Source: Chiloscyllium plagiosum (lineage: Eukaryota). Taken from it: a stretch of DNA of 64,000 nucleotides. Shown in pieces: positions 14,101-25,456 of this stretch. The notes beneath the pieces are model-generated. The model saw nothing but the letters and a program-made list of their open reading frames with translations. It did no database searches and was not told the origin of the DNA. Location: assembly GCF_004010195.1 (NCBI RefSeq), contig NC_057759.1, positions 7,241,593 to 7,305,592 of the forward strand. Reading direction: 5' to 3'. The stretch's first letter is position 1. Each line of letters opens with the position of its first letter. Position numbers and translations under genes: made by a program.

Positions 14101-17100
14101 GGATATCCATGGCAGCAGAACTCTGACCAGAAAGCACTTGTGTGGAATCAATGAGGGTTTGAGAAAACTCGTAGAAAATAAATCTCATAGAAGGATAGGG
14201 AATTGGCGCTGTACAATTCACAGTGACATTTTGACCCTTTGCAGTTGGATAACCATGAAACTCTAGCAGGCAAGTCGGTTTCAGTATATGGTCTAAAGCA
14301 GGAAAATAAAGTGGAAATCAACCATTAAATTCAGGCGTTAAAAATATTTTGTTGATGAAGGGGAAGGCTTAGCTATAAGCATATAATTCACATATACATA
14401 TCAGATAACTACTGGTACTGCTAGATTGGCGCCATATCCACAAACACACACTCCGTCCAACACCGACGCTCAGTAGCAGCAGTGTTTACCATGCGCAAGA
14501 TGCAATGCAGACGTTCACCAAGGATCCTCAGAACAGTACCTTCGTTATCTAGAAGATCAAGGGCAAAAGATACATGGGAACACCAGCCCGTCTGAGCCCC
14601 TCGCTATCTCGACTTGAAAACATGTCGGCCGTTCCTTCAGTATGGCTGGGTCAAATTCCTAGAATTCTCACTGTAAGAGCATTGTGGGTCAACTTACAGC
14701 ATGTGGACAGCAGCGGTTTATGAAGACGGCTCACCACCACCTTCTCAATGTAGTGCACAGAGCTTAGGGACAAGGGAGCAATAAATGCTTGGCCCAGGTA
14801 GTGACACCTACATCTTGCAGGAGAACAGAAAATCAGCGCCTATATATACATAAATGATTTGGAGGAGATATAGGTTGTCACATTACTGTGTTTGCAGATG
14901 ACACTAAGTTTCATGGAGTAGCAGATAGTGAAGGAGACTGTCAGAGAATATAGCAGAATATAGATAGATTGGAGACATTGGCAGAGAAATGGCAGCTGGA
15001 GTTCAATCCGGACAAATGTGAGTTGATGCATTTTAGAAGATCCAATTAAAGAGCGAACTATACAGTACACGAAGAAGTCCTGGGGAAAGTTAATGTACAG
15101 AGAGATCTGGGTGTTCAGCTCCATTGTTCCCTGAAGGTGGCAATGCAGATCAGTAGAATGGTCAAGAAGGCATACGGCTTACCTTCATCGGGCGGGGTAT
15201 TAAGTACAAGAGTTGGGAGGTCATGGTACAGTTGTATAAGACTTTGGTTTGGCCACATTTGGAATATTGCATACAGTTCTGATTGACACATCACTAAAAG
15301 AATGTGGATGCTTTGGAGAGGGTGCAGAGGAAGTTGAACAGGATGTTGCCTGGTATGGAGGGTGCTAGCTATAAATAGATGTTGAGTAGATTAGGATTAT
15401 TTTCTTTGGAAAGACGGAGGTTGAGAGAGTTTGATAGATATTTTAAAAATCATGATAAGTGTAGACAGGATGGAGAGCAAGAAACTTTTTTCCTGAGGAT
15501 TGAATCACTAGTGGTCACGATTTCAAAGTGAGAGGGGAAAGGTTTAGGGGAGATATGCATGTAAAGTTCTGCATACGGACGGTGGTGGGTACCTGGAATG
15601 CGTTGCCAGTGGAGGTGGTAGTATTGGGAATGGGCAAGAAACAAAGGGATGCAGATCTTATGAAAATAGTTGGCAGTTTTAGATAGATGATTGGATCGGA
15701 GCAGGCTTGCAGTGCCGAAGGACTTGTTCCTGTGCTGCGATTTTCGTTGTTCTTTGTTCAATTAACCAGTGCAGGATTGCATATGAATAAATCAATCTCA
15801 ATCGATTTTTGAATGTGAACCTGATGTGATTATGAGAAAACATGTTCAGTTAAATCAATCAAGTTCTAAATCCAGTGCAAACTTAGAGGCACCCACCTTT
15901 TATCGTCAATATCATTGGATTGCTTTGCTTCGAACTGATCAATCGTTCTTCAACGACCATGCTGTACATGCATTTGTATTGTTCGACTCCAGGATTCACT
16001 GTCTCCGTGATGTTAAATATTCCTATCTGTCTCCCCTTCGTGATTATAGGGGGCACTGCTTCCAGTGAGTTGTTATTATTGTACAAATAAAACATCTTGT
16101 CTGAATCTTGAGTTGGAGCTTTGCAAGTCAACAGTAGCAATTCCCCCTTAATGACTGTTGTAAAATTCAGGTTCAGGGAAATCTCTGGTTCTGCAGGGCG
16201 ATCTGAAAGGGGATTCAAGTTTCAATTTGTGCACTAGCTAAACTTACAGTAATCTCTATTCATGTTGTTTACAATTTGGAATGTTTTTCATTGCAGGAGT
16301 GATTGAGGCCCCTGGATCTATCTCAATGGAGTTTAGAAGGATGGAGGCAATGTGATTGACACTTACAGAATGCCGAATGGCCTGGATATAGTGAATATTT
16401 CAACTTGTACAGCATCTGAATGAATGGATGACGCTTTAGAACTGAGATGAGAAGCAATTTCTTAAGCCAGAAGCTGTTGAATCGGTGGAACTGGTCGCCG
16501 CAGAGGCTGTGGAGGCCAAGTCATTGAATGCATTTAAGACAGAGATAGATAGGTTCTTGCTTAGTAAGGGGATCAAGGGGTATTTGGACAAGGCAAAACA
16601 AAGGGGTTAAGAAACACATCAGCCACTATTGAACATTGATGAAGGCTCGATGGGCCGAAGGGCCTAATTGTGCTCTCATGTCTTATGTCTGAAGGTGGTA
16701 AACCAATTCGAAGTATTGTTAAACTCACCGAACACAGGGACGAGAACAGAGACGCTGGTCTCCGAGTCTATCAATCGCCCGGCAATTCTTGCTTGATAGG
16801 CACACCAGTACTCTCCTGGGTCATTGGCTACAATCTGGAAATTGACAGAAGTGGAGCCACTGTCTTCACTGATCTCCTCAAGAGAATGGCCATTGGTGCT
16901 TCTATACAAAAAAAACTGGCGGACTGAGTACAGAACGTCCACTTGACATGTGATGCTGAGGGGTTCACCCTTCAAAAATATCCTCACAGACGCGTTGAGT
17001 TTGATTCGAGGCCTTTTAGGTCGTTCTAGATGAACACAGGAAGTGAAAACATGGAGGAGGTTAGCATTGATTCTCCCAGGGGTGGGGGAAAAAGACGTGT

Positions 17101-20100
17101 GAAATTGAAAGAGCAAACATATGTGGTGAATTCCACTTACCGACCACGTTCAAATACAGCTTGTCACTGAGCTCTGAATATCTCCGATGCCCAGAGACAG
17201 TCATCCCACACTCGCACATATAATATTCTGGCACAGCCGCCTGAATTTCGAAAATGGTGAAACTGTGATTTTGATCAGCAAAATGGCTGTGTGTTTTCTG
17301 CTCACCAGTATACAGGTAGAAACTGTAAGAGGACGATTGGAAATCTACACTGCAAGTCATGTTAACCAATTCGCCCCTGATGAATATGTTCTCGGAATGA
17401 TTCAGCGAGAGGCTCGGTTTCTGTGGTTTGTCTGCCAGAAATTGAAGGAAAAAATCAAATTGACGGCTAAAAATGACACTCGAGAAATCCAAAGCAGCCC
17501 CCTCTGAATTGGCACCACATCCACAAACATCAACTCCCACTACCTCCATTGATGCTCAGTAGCAACAGGGTGAACCATCTACAATATGCGGATCAGAAAG
17601 TCACCAAAGTTCCTCAAGGATGACTTTCCAATCGCACAACTGCTTCCATCTAGAAGGACAAAGGCCGCTGCTTCACTCCCTTTGACCCACTCACCATCCC
17701 CATTTGGGAAATATATCGGCGTCAGTGTCGCTGGATGAAACTCCTGGAATTCCTTTCCTGAGGGCATTGTGGATCTACCAACAGCACGTGGATTGCAGTG
17801 GTTAAAGAAAGCAGCTCACCACCACCTTCTCAAAGGGGCAACTGGGAATGGAGTGGGCCCAGACAGAGACGTCCACATCGCCCAAATGAATGAAGAAATA
17901 TAAAATATATTATGATAAAATACATCTTGCATAGACTGCGCCATCTTCAGATTCAATGATTGTGAAGCAAGTGAAACATTATCCTTTTGTGCATTAAAGA
18001 GTGCTATTTCACTTCCTAAACTGTGTAGAATCACATAAAGTTGTGCTTATGTTAGAGACAGGTGATAAGCAGATCCCTTCTGAAAAAAGGCATTGTGCAT
18101 TGTCCTCTGTACTTTATTGTTTGGATGTTCATGATTCAGTGTGTATCTACTAATTCCATCATTTGCTTAGCTCACTGAGGAATTCAATCACCGATTGTAA
18201 TCTCCACGTTTCACTGCAGAAATTCACCAATAAACCTCAGACAGCATCTTCCAAACTCATCAGCCCCTTCTATGTGGACCAAGAAGAGCAGCAGATGGGA
18301 CCACCACACTCTGCATGTTTCCCCTCTGAGCCACTCAACATCCCGACTTGGAAATATTTTGGCCCTTCCCTTCAGCATTGCTGGGTTCGAAATATTAGAA
18401 TTTCCTCTCTAACGGTATAGTTGGCCTAACTACAGAACATGGGATGCATCGGTTCACCACCACCACCTTCTGAAGTGGATAGCTGCAGATGGACAATAAA
18501 TGTTGAGCCCCACATCCCATGAGAAAATACAAAGAGAGAATTAAAGCTTGCATTGTTGGAATGAATGAAAAGTGCAAAATACACAGAAAATTAACAGGGG
18601 TTAACCATGAGTACTTACCAATAACTGTTACATAGACTGAGTAACTCTGCTCTGAGCTCAACAAGCTTTGCTCCAATGTAAGTTCGCAAGAGCAGGTAAA
18701 CATTTCGCGTGCGGTTATTGGAATTTCAAAAGTTGCCATGTGGTAATTGAAGTCACTTTGAACATTCGAGTTTGTCAGCTTTTGTCCGTTTCTGTGTAAG
18801 TAGAGTGAAGAGCACGAATACTTGGAGCTGAGGTAGCACTTGATTTTTGCATGATGTCCAAAGATGAATGTGCTGAGGCCACCATCCAACTCAATGGATG
18901 GGGTCACAGGACGATCTAAGACAGACAGAGAGAGAGAGAGAGAAAAGACATGGCGAGAGTAGAAAGAAAATAGAGAAATGTCGGAACACAATTTCAAAAA
19001 CAAAATAGCAGAGAACTGTGGAGGATGCTGGAGGTCGGAAACAAAAACAGAAATTACTGCAGAAAATCAAAAAGTCTGGCACGATCTGTAGGAAAAAATC
19101 AGAGTAATGTTTCGACTCCAATGACTGTTTCTACACTGCTGACAAGGAGTTTGGGGCCAGAGCAAATATGCAATATACAAACTTGAATGAGCACAGATTT
19201 AAGATCAATGGGGAAAGTATATGCATCGATAGATTCTGATTTTATTTGAAGAATAGAGGAAGTGCTAATTGTCTTGTACTAATTGTTCGAGTTGGCGATT
19301 GAAACTAAAGTAGTCGATGATTTCAAAAGGTGGAATGATGGACACTCAATTGAAATAAAAAAATGCAGTGATGTTGAGGGAGTTGAAATGAATGAATTGA
19401 TACCTGCGTTTAGGTGGTTCCTTTACTCTAAATGTGTTTTTACCACAGCCCCTGAATGCTTTCTTCCAATAAAGAGACTGTAGCTTAACCTAGGCCCAAC
19501 CAGGTGAGGGGAGAGTTTGAAAAGGAGGATCCTTCATAATAAGCTGAGCTGATATAGGAATTGAACCCTCTTTTGAGCGTCACCCTGCATTACAAACCAA
19601 CTGTCCGGCTAATAGACACGACCCCTTGGTTGCCCACTCCGCCAAGTAATTATTTCTATGATTATGTGGTCACAGGTAAAACTTACAATTCTCAAGCATC
19701 CTCACAGAACGTGGTTAAACTTTTCAAAATCCTGAGCTGTATGGGTAGGATTGCCATGATTAGAGCGGGTTTAATAAACAAAAACGAGAGGCCCTTTATT
19801 CGTGGTGACATGTGAAAGAAGCAAGGGCGTTCAAGTAGACAGAAAAGCTTGTTTTCTTACTTAGCAACTATTTTGCGTGTGCAACGTTCTACCTGGGGAG
19901 GCAGGTTCAATTGAGGCATTGGAGAGGGTACATCAGATGGTTACTTGGATAGAAATGGAGCTTGCAGAGATATGGAGAAAAGGCAAGAGATTGACACTAG
20001 AACATGGAGACAAACGAGATAATAGAACTGGGTTGGATAATAGAGCTAGAGTAGATTATAGAGCTGGGATGGATTATAGAGTTAAGCCAGATAATAGACC

Positions 20101-23100
20101 TGTAATAAATTATAGAGATGGGCTAGATAATAGAGTTGGACGAGGTAATAGGACTTTACTGGATAATTGGACTTAACTGCACGAGATAATAGAACTGGAC
20201 TAGATTTCACAGCACGACTGGCTAATGGAGCCAGATGAAACAATGGAGCTGGGCTATATTATAAAGGTAGCATAGATAATAGAACTGGGGTAGATTATAA
20301 ATATTGCCTCGACAATAGAACTGGGCAACATTAAGGAGCTTGCCTAGATAAAAAGCTAGAGTAGACAATACAGCTGGACTAGATAATAAAACAGGGCTAG
20401 ATAATCGAGCTGGAGTAGATAATTGAGTTGTGCCAGATAATATATATTCATGTAGCACAATGGCGTGGATGGTCTCTCTCTCTCTGCATCATAACAATTC
20501 TGTCATTGTCTGCAATAACATGTGGACGCAGCTTTCAAGGTCAGCCATAACTGATGAAAGGAAATATTTTTTAAAAAACATTTAAAAATATTTGAATATC
20601 TCTTTCTTGGCATCGCCTTTGCCCTTAAGACTGTCAACATGCAACCTTGTTGGATCATTCTCAGGTCAATTAGAGCATGAAATTTTATCTGTCAGTCGAT
20701 CGATCGATCTATCTATCTATCTATCGATCTATCTATCTATCTATCTATCTATCGATCTATCTATCTATCTATTTATCTATTAAGAAATACCATGCTTTCT
20801 TAACGTTATAAATTTCTAAACAGTTAGTGAAAAGATCTCAGTTTTGTTTGAACTGCAGAATTATTTTCGATCAACTTCACGAACATTAAAATTAACACCT
20901 TGTTTAGAATTTAAAGCCGAATGCTGCATGTGAAGCACACCCTGATAATATATCATTCAGACATATTTTGAATCTGTATCACTTTTAGTTGGTGTCTCAC
21001 TGAGTTATAGAGACACGGAGTCATTCCGCATGAAAATAGATCCTTCGGCCCAAATTCCATGCTGAGCAAGTTTCCTACACTGAACTCGTACCATTTGCCC
21101 ATGGGTGACTAATACTACTCTAAACATTTCCTATCTATGTATCGGTCCAAATGTCTTTTACATATCTTCCAATATCTTTTACATACAATTTATAACTACA
21201 TCCACCTCCACCATTTTCATCAGAAGCTTATTCCATACACGCACCACATTCTTCGTCCCTTGGGTCCCTTCTAATGTTTTCCCCTCTCCTTAAAAGTATG
21301 CATTCTTGCTTTGGACTCCCCCATCCCGGGAAAATATCTTGGTGATTCACGTTATCTCTGGCCCTTATGCTTATATAAACCTGTATAAGCTCGCCCCACA
21401 GCCTCCTACACAGCGGGAGAAAAAGTACCAGCCAACCAACCGCTCCGTCTAACTCCAAATTTCCAGTCTCCGGAACATCCTTGTAAATCTTTTCTGTACA
21501 ATTTGCAGTTTGTTAACATTTCTCCTATAGCAGGGTGATCAAATGCGAACTTATCCATGTCGTGTACAACTATAACATGAAGTCCCAACTCAATGTACTC
21601 AATGTTCTGACCGATGAAGGTAAGTGTGCCAAATGGCTCCTGCACCACCCTTTCCACCCGTAATACCACTTCCAATGAACTATGTGCCTTCAGCTCTGGG
21701 TTTCTTCTTTCGACAATGCACCCCAAGACGTCATCATCAATTGTGTAAGTCTTACCCTGATTGGTCTTAACAAAATGTAACATCTCACTTTCACCTGACT
21801 TGAACTCCATCTATCATTCCCCAGTACACACTGGCCCACTTGATCAAGATCCCGTTATAATCTTCTACACTGTCGAGCATATCACCAAATGTAGTGTCAT
21901 CCGCAAGACTACTAACCATGCCTCCCACAAAAGCATTTATTCTTTTTTGAAAAAGAAATTCTACCTCATACGAATGTTCCAAACACTTACCGATCACATT
22001 AAGATGCAATGGATCACTGCGTTGCAAAACTTCCTGTTCCCCAGCTCCTCTCAGATTGTACACACACGTATACGTTTCTGTCAGATTGGGGGCAATTTGA
22101 AAGGAAGCAGAACACAGTTTGCCAGCCGTCCGCGCTCTAGAAATAGCTTTTGCTTTGCTGCTTCTCAACAGAGAAACCCGAGAGTTTTCACAGCCGCTGT
22201 GAAACGTGCAGACAATTTTAACGTTTTCACCTCGAACGACAGCTTCCAACGAAGGTTTCATGGCAATATTCGGCTTCCTTTGACCTTCACGTCAACACAC
22301 ACACACATACATACACAGAGAAAAGTTGAATATTAGGACTCAATAAATATTCAAGAAAACGGTAGAGATCCTTTTTTTTTTACACATGTTGCGCATGCCA
22401 GTGCTGAAACTTGCTTCATAGTTTGGACGAATTGATATCCACACCCCAACAAACAAGCATGTTTCTCATAACATTAACCAAACTTTGCTTCTATTTGCAA
22501 GGATTCTGTGATGCAGTCGCTCTGTCGAGGTCAGGAAAAAACCTGGCTATAGATGCTACAACTGTGGCAGAAATACATATTCTCCCTCTGTGCAGAAAGT
22601 AGATAGGCCCTATTGGTTTAGCAAGAATGACTAGAAGGGTGGAAGACGTTTTGGGGGTGGGGGAATACACATTGATATTTTCTTTGAACTTCAGTTGCTA
22701 TTTTTGGAGTGGGTCGTGTATTCTAAACTTACTCTGATCACCTGAAATAAGAGAATTCATCATCACTTGGTCCAAAACTCCCTAAGGCATATGAAAACTG
22801 CAAACTTTCCGTAGGATTGTGTGTATGATCAACTCTTTGTTTAAAAGGAAAGAATTGATTCACAGGCTGAGAACATCAATTGCCTTTCTGTAATTTCCCC
22901 ATGTAATCATAAGGCATGGGAGCATAATTAGGCCATTCGGTCCATAAATTTTCTCTACCATTTGGTCATGACTGATATGTTTCTCAAACCCATTTTCCTG
23001 CCTTCTCCTGTAACCTTTTTTTAAGACCATACAAATGGTGAACACATATCTATCTCTACCCTAAATACCGTTAATATCGTGACCTCCACTGCCCTCTGCA

Positions 23101-25456
23101 GCAATGATTTCCGCAGAATCATCACCCTCTGGCTGAAAGAATTTCTACTCATCTCAGTTCTCAAGGTCCGTCCCTTCACTGTGCCCTCTGATCCTCGTCT
23201 CTCCAGCAAGTGGTAACGTCTTCTCGACGTCTACTCTGTCATTGCCTCTCAGTGTCTGACCCAGATGGGGCAGGCAACAGTCACCACATTGACTGTCGTC
23301 AGAAGTCATGTGTAGACCCAGTCGAGGTAAAGAGGACAGATGTCCTTCCATAAATGGTCTTAGCAAAGCAGGGATCAAACGACACGTTTCATCATCACAC
23401 TCTTAATGTTACTTTTGGTTTTCCATTCAAATTTCAACATCTGTCAAGTGGGATTCAAACCCAAATCCCCAGAACATTTTATTATTGTCTATGTTCATGG
23501 CAAACACTTTTTCTTGATTTCATTTGATGATTTCTCCTTGTTTTCACCATTTATTGTTCTGTATTTCCATCTCTGCTTGGCCAGCTTCTTAGGGGTTATC
23601 CTTAGGTTGGAGGGAATGTCTTATGAGCAAAACCTAAACAGATTGGGACTCGACTCTCAGGGGTTCCTAACGAGAGATTATCTCATTGAAACGTATAGGG
23701 GCTTGACAGGATCAATGCGGAGAAGATGCTCATCCCTCTGAACGAGTGTAGGGGCAGACAGCACAGTCTCAGAATAAAGAGAGGCCAACTGAAGATTGAG
23801 ATGAGGAGCATTTTTTTTTCTCCGAGGATTGTAAGACTTATTTAAGAATTATTTGACAAGTCAGAGATATGGAGGCAGAATCTTTTTATACATTTACGTC
23901 AGAGATAGATAGATTCTTCTTCAGTCAGCGAATCAAGGGTTAAATAGAAAGTTCAAGAACGTGAATTGAGGAATGTCAGATCAGCGACGATCCTATTGTT
24001 CCATGGAGCACACATGGAGGCAGAATCACCTACTCCATGTATTTATTTCTGACGATCTTATCTGAATGCATCTATAATAGTAACTTAACTTTCTTTCCAT
24101 AATAGTGGACTTTTAACTAATTGAATTGACAAGGGAAGGTGATTTGTTGACTGAACATTTACTGATGTATCAAGACTGAAAATAAAATGTTCAAACAGAA
24201 CGTAAAATATGTTACTCAGGTCCAAATTGTTTGCATTGTCCTGTCAGGGTACCAACAAGGTGAGATAGCTGTTTCACAACAGAGCCTAAAGTGGACTATT
24301 TGAAGTGACGGTCATTTCGCTTTGCATTCAAGCAGAGCTTAAATACCAATCAAATAAAAAATATTTTTAAACTTATTGTCATTTATGCTTTTTAACACTG
24401 CCTTCAATATTGCAATCACTGCCATTAATGTTGCAGCAAGACGTGTTTACTAACCTTTAGAAACAACGAGAGAAGCCATGGTTAGTAGTGCTAATGGAAA
24501 TAGAAAGGACGACAATGTTACTATATCAATGTCAATCACACGAAGGAACAAATAGAGGTAATAAACAAGTAACAGTTATTGCAGCTGTTTCTTCTCAACG
24601 GCCGTATTTAAAAACATGTAACTCTCAGACAAGCAAATCAAGCAATGATTAAAATTAAGGCTCACATTTGTGACGTTTAGAGATAAATTATGTTTCGAAT
24701 TTGAGTGCTCGCCAGGCGAGTAGTTTAGGTTTTTAATCTCCCTTTCTCTTCAAAGGTGCTTCCAGACCTATTGAGCTTCTCCACAACTTTCTGTGCTTAT
24801 AGTCTGTCACATTAACTGCTGTTTTTTGCTGTTCCCTCTCGCCACGAATCCTATTATATTTCTCCGGCAATTTCTGTCTTTATGATCTGTCACAGTAACT
24901 CTTTTACTTTCTCTCCCTCTCTCCACATGTCATAGAGTCACAGCGTAATCGAGAAGTACAGCACAGAAACAGACCTTTCGATCCAGCTCATCCATGCCCA
25001 CCAGATATCCCAACTCAATCTAGTCCCACCTGCCAGCACCTGGCACATATCCCTCCAAACCCATCCTATTCATTTACCCATCCAGATGCATTTTAAGTGC
25101 CCTGTCAGACATGCAGAATTTCTCCAGCACTTTTTGTGTTTATAACCTGTAATGTTAACTCTAGTTTCTCTCTCCCTCTCTCCACAAATGATGCCAGATT
25201 TGCGAAATTTCTCCAGCACTTTCTATGTTTATAACCTGTAACAAAAACTATGGTTATTTTTCTGATGCTCGCACAGACGCTGTCAGACCTGCTGAGTTTC
25301 TCCACCAATTCTCTGGGTTTGTTCCAGATTTCCAGCGTCTTACAGCATCTTGCTTTTATGCAAGGCTTTCCCTCTATTGCCACTGTGGGTACTATGTTAA
25401 GAAAAGGAGATATTGCATTACTTACAGAAGAAAATAATGCATGTATTCAAACCCAT
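2086..25456 (-). CDS. Multi-exon gene for a six-Ig-domain type I transmembrane receptor, LRC-type (LILR/PIR/CHIR-like); 3' end unresolved
   Basis: Exons 25456-25426, 24490-24455, 22284-21991, 18915-18619, 17431-17141, 17025-16729, 16202-15897, 14292-13996, 12065-11967 all have AG/GT boundaries and join in phase 1 into one 1948-nt open frame (leader, 6 Ig, TM). Candidate tail exons 9958-9940, 6718-6669, 2132-2086 extend it to 688 codons without a stop. Confidence 0.85.
2417..2709 (-). mobile_element. tRNA-derived SINE (HE1-like) inserted in a CR1 fragment spanning about 2370-3140
   Basis: A/B-box head (GGTAGCACAGTGG...GGTTCAATTCC), conserved core, (TCTAA)n tail; CR1 text resumes at 2712. Confidence 0.85.
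4050..4950 (+). mobile_element. Old degenerate CR1 3' fragment
   Basis: Remnants of HLEY, QRTFAGLIP, RTRSH.LK motifs. Confidence 0.7.
5790..6410 (-). mobile_element. Degenerate CR1 fragment
   Basis: ORF 6028..6348 MELNLSKCEAMH...VVKKAFG. Confidence 0.75.
6669..6718 (-). CDS. Candidate cytoplasmic exon, 50 nt (EGPVTLDQDTRMHTLD)
   Basis: ttgtcgctttcag|GGAAGG...CTCGACT|gtaagt; strong sites in non-repetitive sequence; open as phase 2 to 1. Confidence 0.55.
8944..9239 (-). mobile_element. Full-length young tRNA-derived SINE nested in a CR1 3' fragment
   Basis: Near-identical to 2417-2709; TGCAT on both flanks is a possible target-site duplication. Confidence 0.88.
9940..9958 (-). CDS. Candidate cytoplasmic micro-exon, 19 nt (VCGTKE-R)
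   Basis: ctgttcttttag|TTTGTGGAACAAAAGAAAG|gtatat; phase 1 to 2 fits the TM exon and the 6718 exon. Confidence 0.5.
10580..10918 (-). mobile_element. Older tRNA-derived SINE
   Basis: Core gcacatctttggattgtgggaggaaaccagagcacccgga and degenerate head. Confidence 0.75.
11967..12065 (-). CDS. Transmembrane exon (DGINMQLLFILGSALLLLLFIFILICTLIIIKG), no charged residue in the helix
   Basis: 99 nt, tctgtttcag acceptor, G|gtattt donor, phase 1-1; about 25 consecutive uncharged residues. Confidence 0.85.
12270..13290. mobile_element. Nested CR1 fragments (plus 12270-12705, minus 12710-13290)
   Basis: WPQLEHCVQF...VQRRFPRMLP; 13050-13240 resembles 720-905. Confidence 0.75.
13996..14292 (-). CDS. Ig domain D6 exon (DHILKPTCLL...GQNVTVNC...YSCRY...SDTCKLHHT)
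   Basis: 297 nt, ttttcctgctttag acceptor, gtgagt donor; overlaps ORF 13745..14221. Confidence 0.9.
14840..15760 (+). mobile_element. CR1 3' fragment
   Basis: YINDLEE, FADDTK, WQLEFNPDKC, PHLEYCIQF motifs. Confidence 0.85.
15897..16202 (-). CDS. Ig domain D5 exon (DRPAEPEISL...GELLLLTC...FYLY...YKCMY...SNPMILTIK)
   Basis: 306 nt, cctttcag acceptor, gtgggt donor; inside ORF 15883..16218. Confidence 0.9.
16729..17025 (-). CDS. Ig domain D4 exon (ERPKRPRI...GEPLSITC...FFLY...DPGEYWCAY...)
   Basis: 297 nt, tag acceptor, gtgagt donor; DxGxYxC motif; inside ORF 16676..17116. Confidence 0.92.
17141..17431 (-). CDS. Ig domain D3 exon (DKPQKPSLSL...GELVNMTC...FYLY...YMCEC...SELSDKLYLNVV)
   Basis: 291 nt, cag acceptor, gtaagt donor; inside ORF 17061..17549. 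Confidence 0.9.
18619..18915 (-). CDS. Ig domain D2 exon (DRPVTPSI...KIKC...FTCSC...SYSVYVTVI)
   Basis: 297 nt, polypyrimidine+tag acceptor, gtaagt donor; inside ORF 18395..19003. Confidence 0.9.
20017..20440. repeat. Degenerate 18-bp minisatellite (consensus about GATAATAGAGCTGGGCTA) in the D1-D2 intron
   Basis: Roughly two dozen units; visible as hexapeptide periodicity DNRxGL in ORF 19877..20176. Confidence 0.85.
20697..20780. repeat. (ATCT)n microsatellite
   Basis: Direct observation. Confidence 0.95.
21010..21920 (-). mobile_element. Degenerate CR1 fragment downstream of D1; counterparts at 36950-37410 (-), 35740-36650 (+), 63050-64000 (+)
   Basis: SSLADDTT / MEFKSGESEMLHF (ORFs 21406..21810, 36932..37300, 62977..63246). 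Confidence 0.8.
21991..22284 (-). CDS. Ig domain D1 exon (GQRKPNIAMKP...VKIVC...YTCVY...SDPLHLNVI)
   Basis: 294 nt, phase 1-1, donor gtaagt; B- and F-strand Cys, C-terminal SDPLxL motif; overlaps ORF 21791..22261. Confidence 0.9.
24455..24490 (-). CDS. Leader mini-exon S2, 36 nt (SLLTMASLVVSK-G)
   Basis: cctttctatttccattag|CACTACTAACCATGGCTTCTCTCGTTGTTTCTAAAG|gttagt; completes signal peptide MGLNTCIIFFSLLTMASLVVSKG. Confidence 0.8.
25426..25456 (-). CDS. Leader exon S1 (MGLNTCIIFF), 31 coding nt
   Basis: aaagATGGGTTTGAATACATGCATTATTTTCTTCT|gtaagt; consensus donor, phase 1, hydrophobic; homologous copies recur in the paralogous cassettes. Confidence 0.8.

Noticed and set aside
19877..20176. 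Hexapeptide-repeat protein ORF
   Set aside because: Translation of an intronic minisatellite on the antisense strand; starts in a LINE remnant and the repeat continues past stops.
24216..24240. Alternative leader mini-exon (cag|GACAATGC...CCTGA|gtaaca), conserved in all three units
   Set aside because: 25 nt breaks the frame; the 36-nt exon at 24455-24490 fits frame and signal-peptide character.
24750..25350. CRISPR-like or regulatory repeat cluster (gatgctgccagacctgctgagtttctccagca variants)
   Set aside because: Degenerate dispersed repeat also at 3350, 10490, 19020, 29230 and 38400; irregular spacing, eukaryotic context.
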